42,347 bases of DNA from an uncultured delta proteobacterium (lineage in GTDB: Bacteria; Desulfobacterota; WTBG01; CAIYCZ01). The stretch covers positions 1-42,347 of the forward strand of contig CAWDOY010000021.1 in NCBI GenBank assembly GCA_963803975.1, written 5' to 3'. Of the stretch, positions 38,531-42,347 are shown piece after piece; position 1 is the first letter of the stretch, and each line of letters starts with the position of its first letter. Position numbers and translations under genes: made by a program. The notes below the pieces were generated by a model, which was not told where the DNA came from, did no database searches, and saw only the letters and a list, made by a program, of their open reading frames with translations.

Positions 38531-39238
38531 CTAAGGTGCGGGATTGGGTGATGATAAGGCTGGCGGCTCGTAGATCTCCACACCGGGAGGCGGCGTGAAC
38601 ATAAACAGGGAATCACTCAGCCCTTTATCAATGGTTATGGCGGAAAATTTCAGCAGCGTACGGTTCCCTATTTCGTCCTCCAGAGATGACCGGGTAATGC
38701 AATAGTTTTTGCGGTCAACCCAGAGCGTAAGACTTTTAAGGTTTGGATGCGCAGTCTTTGGTGAGAGCTTGAGGACGGTGGTATCTTTCTGCTCCTGAGC
38801 TTCTCCGGAGACAACCTGCACATTAAATTTTTCTCTTATTTTCAGCTTTCCCGCAAAAAGGTCCAGGGTGATATCTGAAGGAAGCTTTGACGCATCGTTT
38901 TTCAGCACCTGGTTATCTTCAGGAAGATAGAACCACAGATTCTTTCCATCGAGATAAATTTTCTGCACCGCCGGCTGTGTATACTCCCAGTACATTTTCC
39001 CGCCCTTTTTAAAATAAACCATGCCCGCACCCTTTTCCGCGCGCTTGAGAGAGCCGATGTAGGTCTCCTGCTCGAAACGGGCGGATAAATCCTGCATCGC
39101 ACGGTAGCGCTGCTCAAGACCTCGGATGCAATCATCAAGCGTGCCTGCGGCACAACTGCTGCTATGGCCGGCAACGAGGATAGAAAGTACCAGCAGCATA
39201 AGCAGGGTGTTATTGGTATAGGGTTTTTTTTTCAGCAT
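38531..39238 (-). CDS. lolA: Outer-membrane lipoprotein carrier LolA family
   Basis: A.FEQ...G...FKKGGKMYWEY..P....DGKNLWFY.P..NQV...F.FTPPPGVE; downstream of ftsK. Confidence 0.88.
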   Translation of the reverse strand: MLKKKPYTNNTLLMLLVLSILVAGHSSSCAAGTLDDCIRGLEQRYRAMQDLSARFEQETYIGSLKRAEKGAGMVYFKKGGKMYWEYTQPAVQKIYLDGKNLWFYLPEDNQVLKNDASKLPSDITLDLFAGKLKIREKFNVQVVSGEAQEQKDTTVLKLSPKTAHPNLKSLTLWVDRKNYCITRSSLEDEIGNRTLLKFSAITIDKGLSDSLFMFTPPPGVEIYEPPALSSPNPAP

Positions 39239-39307
39239 GGTTTCACGTATTCCTGTATCAGGATTATCTACATAGCGTCTGCGCACAGCAGCCTTCCCGT
39301 TCTTTTA

Positions 39308-41666
39308 TTATAATCTGCTGATTAACACATGGCGTGGTTTGACCCCGTCACTGGGGCCCACGACACCCTGCTCTTCCATCTTTTCTATCATCCGGGCGGC
39401 CCGGTTATAGCCCACCCGGAGCCTGCGCTGCAGCATGGAAATTGATGCCTGGCCGGTCTCTGCAACAAGCGCCACGGCCTGATCATAGAACTCATCAAAG
39501 TCCTCATCCGGTGCCTTCCGCGTCTTCCGCCTTGGCCGAGAGCAAAATCGATTCATCATAGGAAGGGCTCATCTGCTGCTTGAGAAAATCTACCAGCCGG
39601 TTAATCTCTTCCTCTGAAAGATAGGCGCCATGTATGCGCTGGAGCTTTGAGCTTCCCGGCGGAAGAAACAGCATGTCACCCATGCCCAGCAGCCGCTCGG
39701 CCCCGATGGTGTCAAGGATGGTGCGGGAGTCCACTTTGGAAGAAACCTGGCACGAAATCCGGCACGGGAAGTTTACTTTTATGGTGCCGGTTAAAATATC
39801 AACTGACGGCCGCTGGGTGGCCACGATGAGATGAATCCCGGCAGCCCGCGCCATCTGCGCCAGCCGGGCGATGTGCACTTCCACATCGCGGGCGCTGACC
39901 ATCATGAGATCCGCGAGCTCATCAATAACTATCACGATATAGGGCATTTTGGGGTCCTGCTCTGCCGGGGGTTCTGTTTCAGTCAGGGCCGCCTTTTTGC
40001 CGTTCTTCTCCGGACGCCGTCCCAGTTCTTCGGCAATTTTCTGATTGTAGCGGACAATATCCCTGACCCCCTTCTCAGCAAGTTTTTTATAGCGCCGCTC
40101 CATTTCTTCTACTGCCCAGCGAAGCGCTATGGCCGCCTTTTTCGGATCGGTCACTACCGGATGGAGCAGATGGGGGATCCCTTCATACAGGGAAAGTTCA
40201 AGACGCTTGGGGTCAATCATCAGAAACTTCACTTCATCAGGAATGGCTTTATACAGGAAGCTGCATATAATAGTATTGACCAATACACTTTTCCCGGAAC
40301 CGGTAGAGCCTGCTATGAGCAGGTGCGGCATGCGGGCAAGATCACTGATCACCGGTTTTCCCTCAGTATCCTTACCCAATCCGACCGTAAGCTTTGATCC
40401 GGCATTAAGAAACTCTTCCCGGGAAACAATTTCCTTAAAAAAAACTGTCTCCCGCCGTTTATTGGGCACCTCGATGCCCACGGCCGCCTTCCCCGGGATG
40501 GGCGCAATAATCCTGATACTGATAGCCTTTAATGCCAGCGCCAGATCATCCGCGAGCCCGACGATTCTGGTTATTTTTATTCCCGGGGCTGGTTCAAATT
40601 CAAAGCGCGTGATAACCGGGCCGGGACTGATTTCGGTAATTTTGCCGTTAATATTAAAATCCTCTAATTTCTGGACCAGAATCTGCGCATCTTCTTTGAG
40701 TGATTCCTTGCTGACCCGGCCATCCCGCTCTTTCTGATGGGAGTCAAGCAGATTGATGGAAGGCATCTGCAGCGTGCCTGATATTTTACGCACGGTAGGC
40801 TCAAAGGTTATCTTTTCTTCTTCTTTTTCATCATGGTGAGGCTTTATAATTATGTCATCCCTGATTACCGGGCTTTCCTTTTTTTTAGGTAGCAATCGTT
40901 TCTCAGCGCCGGCTGGTTCAATATCTGCTTCCGACGGGCCATCATCAATCACGCATATCATCCCACAGCACCTTGTCTGTTCTGATTGTTCTCTCTTTTT
41001 TTCTTCCCTGGGCGCTGCTGTTTCTTCTTGAGGTTGTTTGGAAAATGGCCACTCTATTTTCTTTACCGTCCGGGTGATAGCCTGATTTACTTTCTGCCCG
41101 CCTTTTACGGAATGCTGGACAAACCGCCTGGAGAGGTTCACATAAGAAATCTTGGTGATGCCCAAAAACGTGAGCAGGCCGACAAGCATGACAATAAAAT
41201 ACGTGCCAAAGACATTCAGGTATTTCACCATCAGCCGGGAAATAGTATCTCCCAGCAGCCCCCCTGCCTGAAAATGATAGTTATAGGCATTCATTGTATC
41301 GAGGTAGAGGCTTAAAAATAGTATCGCGCAGAGGGAAAAAATGATCCACAGGCCGCTTTGCAGGTAAAAGGAAAGAGTCGCGGGAGCGGGGAAGAGAATT
41401 TTTTTGGCAATAAACAGCAGCGCCACAGGAATTAAAAAAGCGCTAATACCAAAAATCTGAAACAGCCAGGAAGATATATAGGAGCCGATAATCCCTCCCC
41501 CGTTCTGAATTTTTACCGGCATCCGGGAGTATCCCATGAAAAAAGATGGATCGTGGGAATCGTAGGTAATGAGACAGCAGACAGTAAAAATCGAAAAACC
41601 GATAAGGATGATTCCTGCTATTTCACGCCACAAATAGGGATGTTTTTTTGAAGATGCCATATTCAA
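39308..41666 (-). CDS. ftsK: DNA translocase FtsK (frameshift at ~39512 before the gamma domain)
   Basis: 4-TM N-terminus, [29 protein letters not shown], and gamma domain [19 protein letters not shown]. Confidence 0.96.
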
Positions 41667-41735
41667 GTTAACAGGGAATGTAAAGCGCTGGATTGATAAA
41701 AATTAATAAAGAAAATCAAATAGTACAATTTTTAA

Positions 41736-41764
41736 AGTTTACTGTATAATATTTTTATAGTCAA
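41736..41764 (-). promoter_or_regulatory. Putative sigma70 promoter for ftsK
   Basis: Minus strand TTGACT-N17-TAAACT. Confidence 0.5.
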
Positions 41765-41824
41765 TCCCAAAATAAGCTTATGGAGCGCTTCCGCCCGCGG
41801 TTATCACGCTTCGCATCAAACTCC

Positions 41825-41852
41825 TTGACTTTAGCGGGCAAGCTTGTAGAAT
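41825..41852 (+). promoter_or_regulatory. Putative sigma70 promoter for ssb
   Basis: TTGACT-N16-TAGAAT. Confidence 0.55.
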
Positions 41853-41897
41853 GCTGCCAGTTGCAAACTTTCAAAAATCATTTTTAAGGAGTTGGTT

Positions 41898-42317
41898 ATG
41901 GCCGGAGTAAACAAAGTAATTCTTCTTGGCAGGCTGGGAAAAGACCCTGAAGTCCGCTACTCAAGCAGCGGCACGGCAATAACCAGTTTTAGCATGGCTA
42001 CCAGCACAACTTTTACCAACAAGGAAGGCCAGAAAGAGGAAAAAACTGAATGGCACAAGATAGTAGCATTCGGTCGTCTGGGAGAGATCTGCGGAGAATA
42101 TCTTGCAAAAGGAAAGCAGGTCTACATCGAAGGCCGGATTCAGACGCGTGACTGGGAGGACAAGGAAGGCAAAAAGCGCTGGACCACCGAGATAATAGTG
42201 CAAAACATGCAGCTGCTCGGCGCTCCCGGCGCAGATAAAGACCGATCCTCTTCTTCTGAGCCGCCGCCTATTGATGACAGCGCTGTGGGACCGCCTGAAA
42301 GTGATGTGCCGTTTTAA
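41898..42317 (+). CDS. ssb: Single-stranded DNA-binding protein
   Basis: [33 protein letters not shown], acidic tail DVPF; AAGGAG RBS. Confidence 0.97.
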   Translation: MAGVNKVILLGRLGKDPEVRYSSSGTAITSFSMATSTTFTNKEGQKEEKTEWHKIVAFGRLGEICGEYLAKGKQVYIEGRIQTRDWEDKEGKKRWTTEIIVQNMQLLGAPGADKDRSSSSEPPPIDDSAVGPPESDVPF

Positions 42318-42347
42318 TACAGCTCAGTTATAATTCAACTGCACTAA

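Noticed and set aside
41740..41762. LexA/SOS box between ftsK and ssb
   Set aside because: CTGTATAAT is present, but the matching ACAG half-site at N8 spacing is absent; the region is better explained as promoter spacer.
1..42347. tRNA/rRNA genes, integrase, transposase or prophage genes
   Set aside because: None recognisable in the sequence or ORF track, so the mobility mechanism of the AT-rich block is unsupported within this window.

Overview
Bacterial window, by gene content most like a Desulfobacterota (deltaproteobacterial) genome. It is probably from an indel-prone long-read assembly: single-base insertions break even mfd, ftsK and surA. The GC-richer backbone has cysK, a rubrerythrin-like gene and a PNPOx-family gene at the left. 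The right side has tandem MMPL/RND duplicates, a MoxR-like AAA+/vWA pair, NlpC/P60, two pilT-family ATPases, a lipocalin, DUF362, DUF488, a nitroreductase and surA-mfd-lolA-ftsK-ssb. A visibly AT-rich block at about 1.56-14.2 kb carries a trehalose operon (otsA-otsB-DUF5752-treT), an OrpR-like PAS/sigma54 activator with predictable promoters and operators, and an orphan GspC-like gene. The most unusual feature flanks this block on both sides. A ~105-nt structured non-coding leader (hairpin, A-rich linker, intrinsic terminator with a plausible antiterminator) occurs four times, two copies in tandem. Three copies sit directly upstream of paralogous, unannotated ~40-aa single-TM 'PQELV' microproteins. 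These are followed by families of 2-TM proteins and membrane-anchored PH-like proteins, plus several relic fragments. I could not match the leader to any riboswitch or ribozyme I know, so it is a candidate new attenuator/riboswitch controlling a membrane microprotein system.
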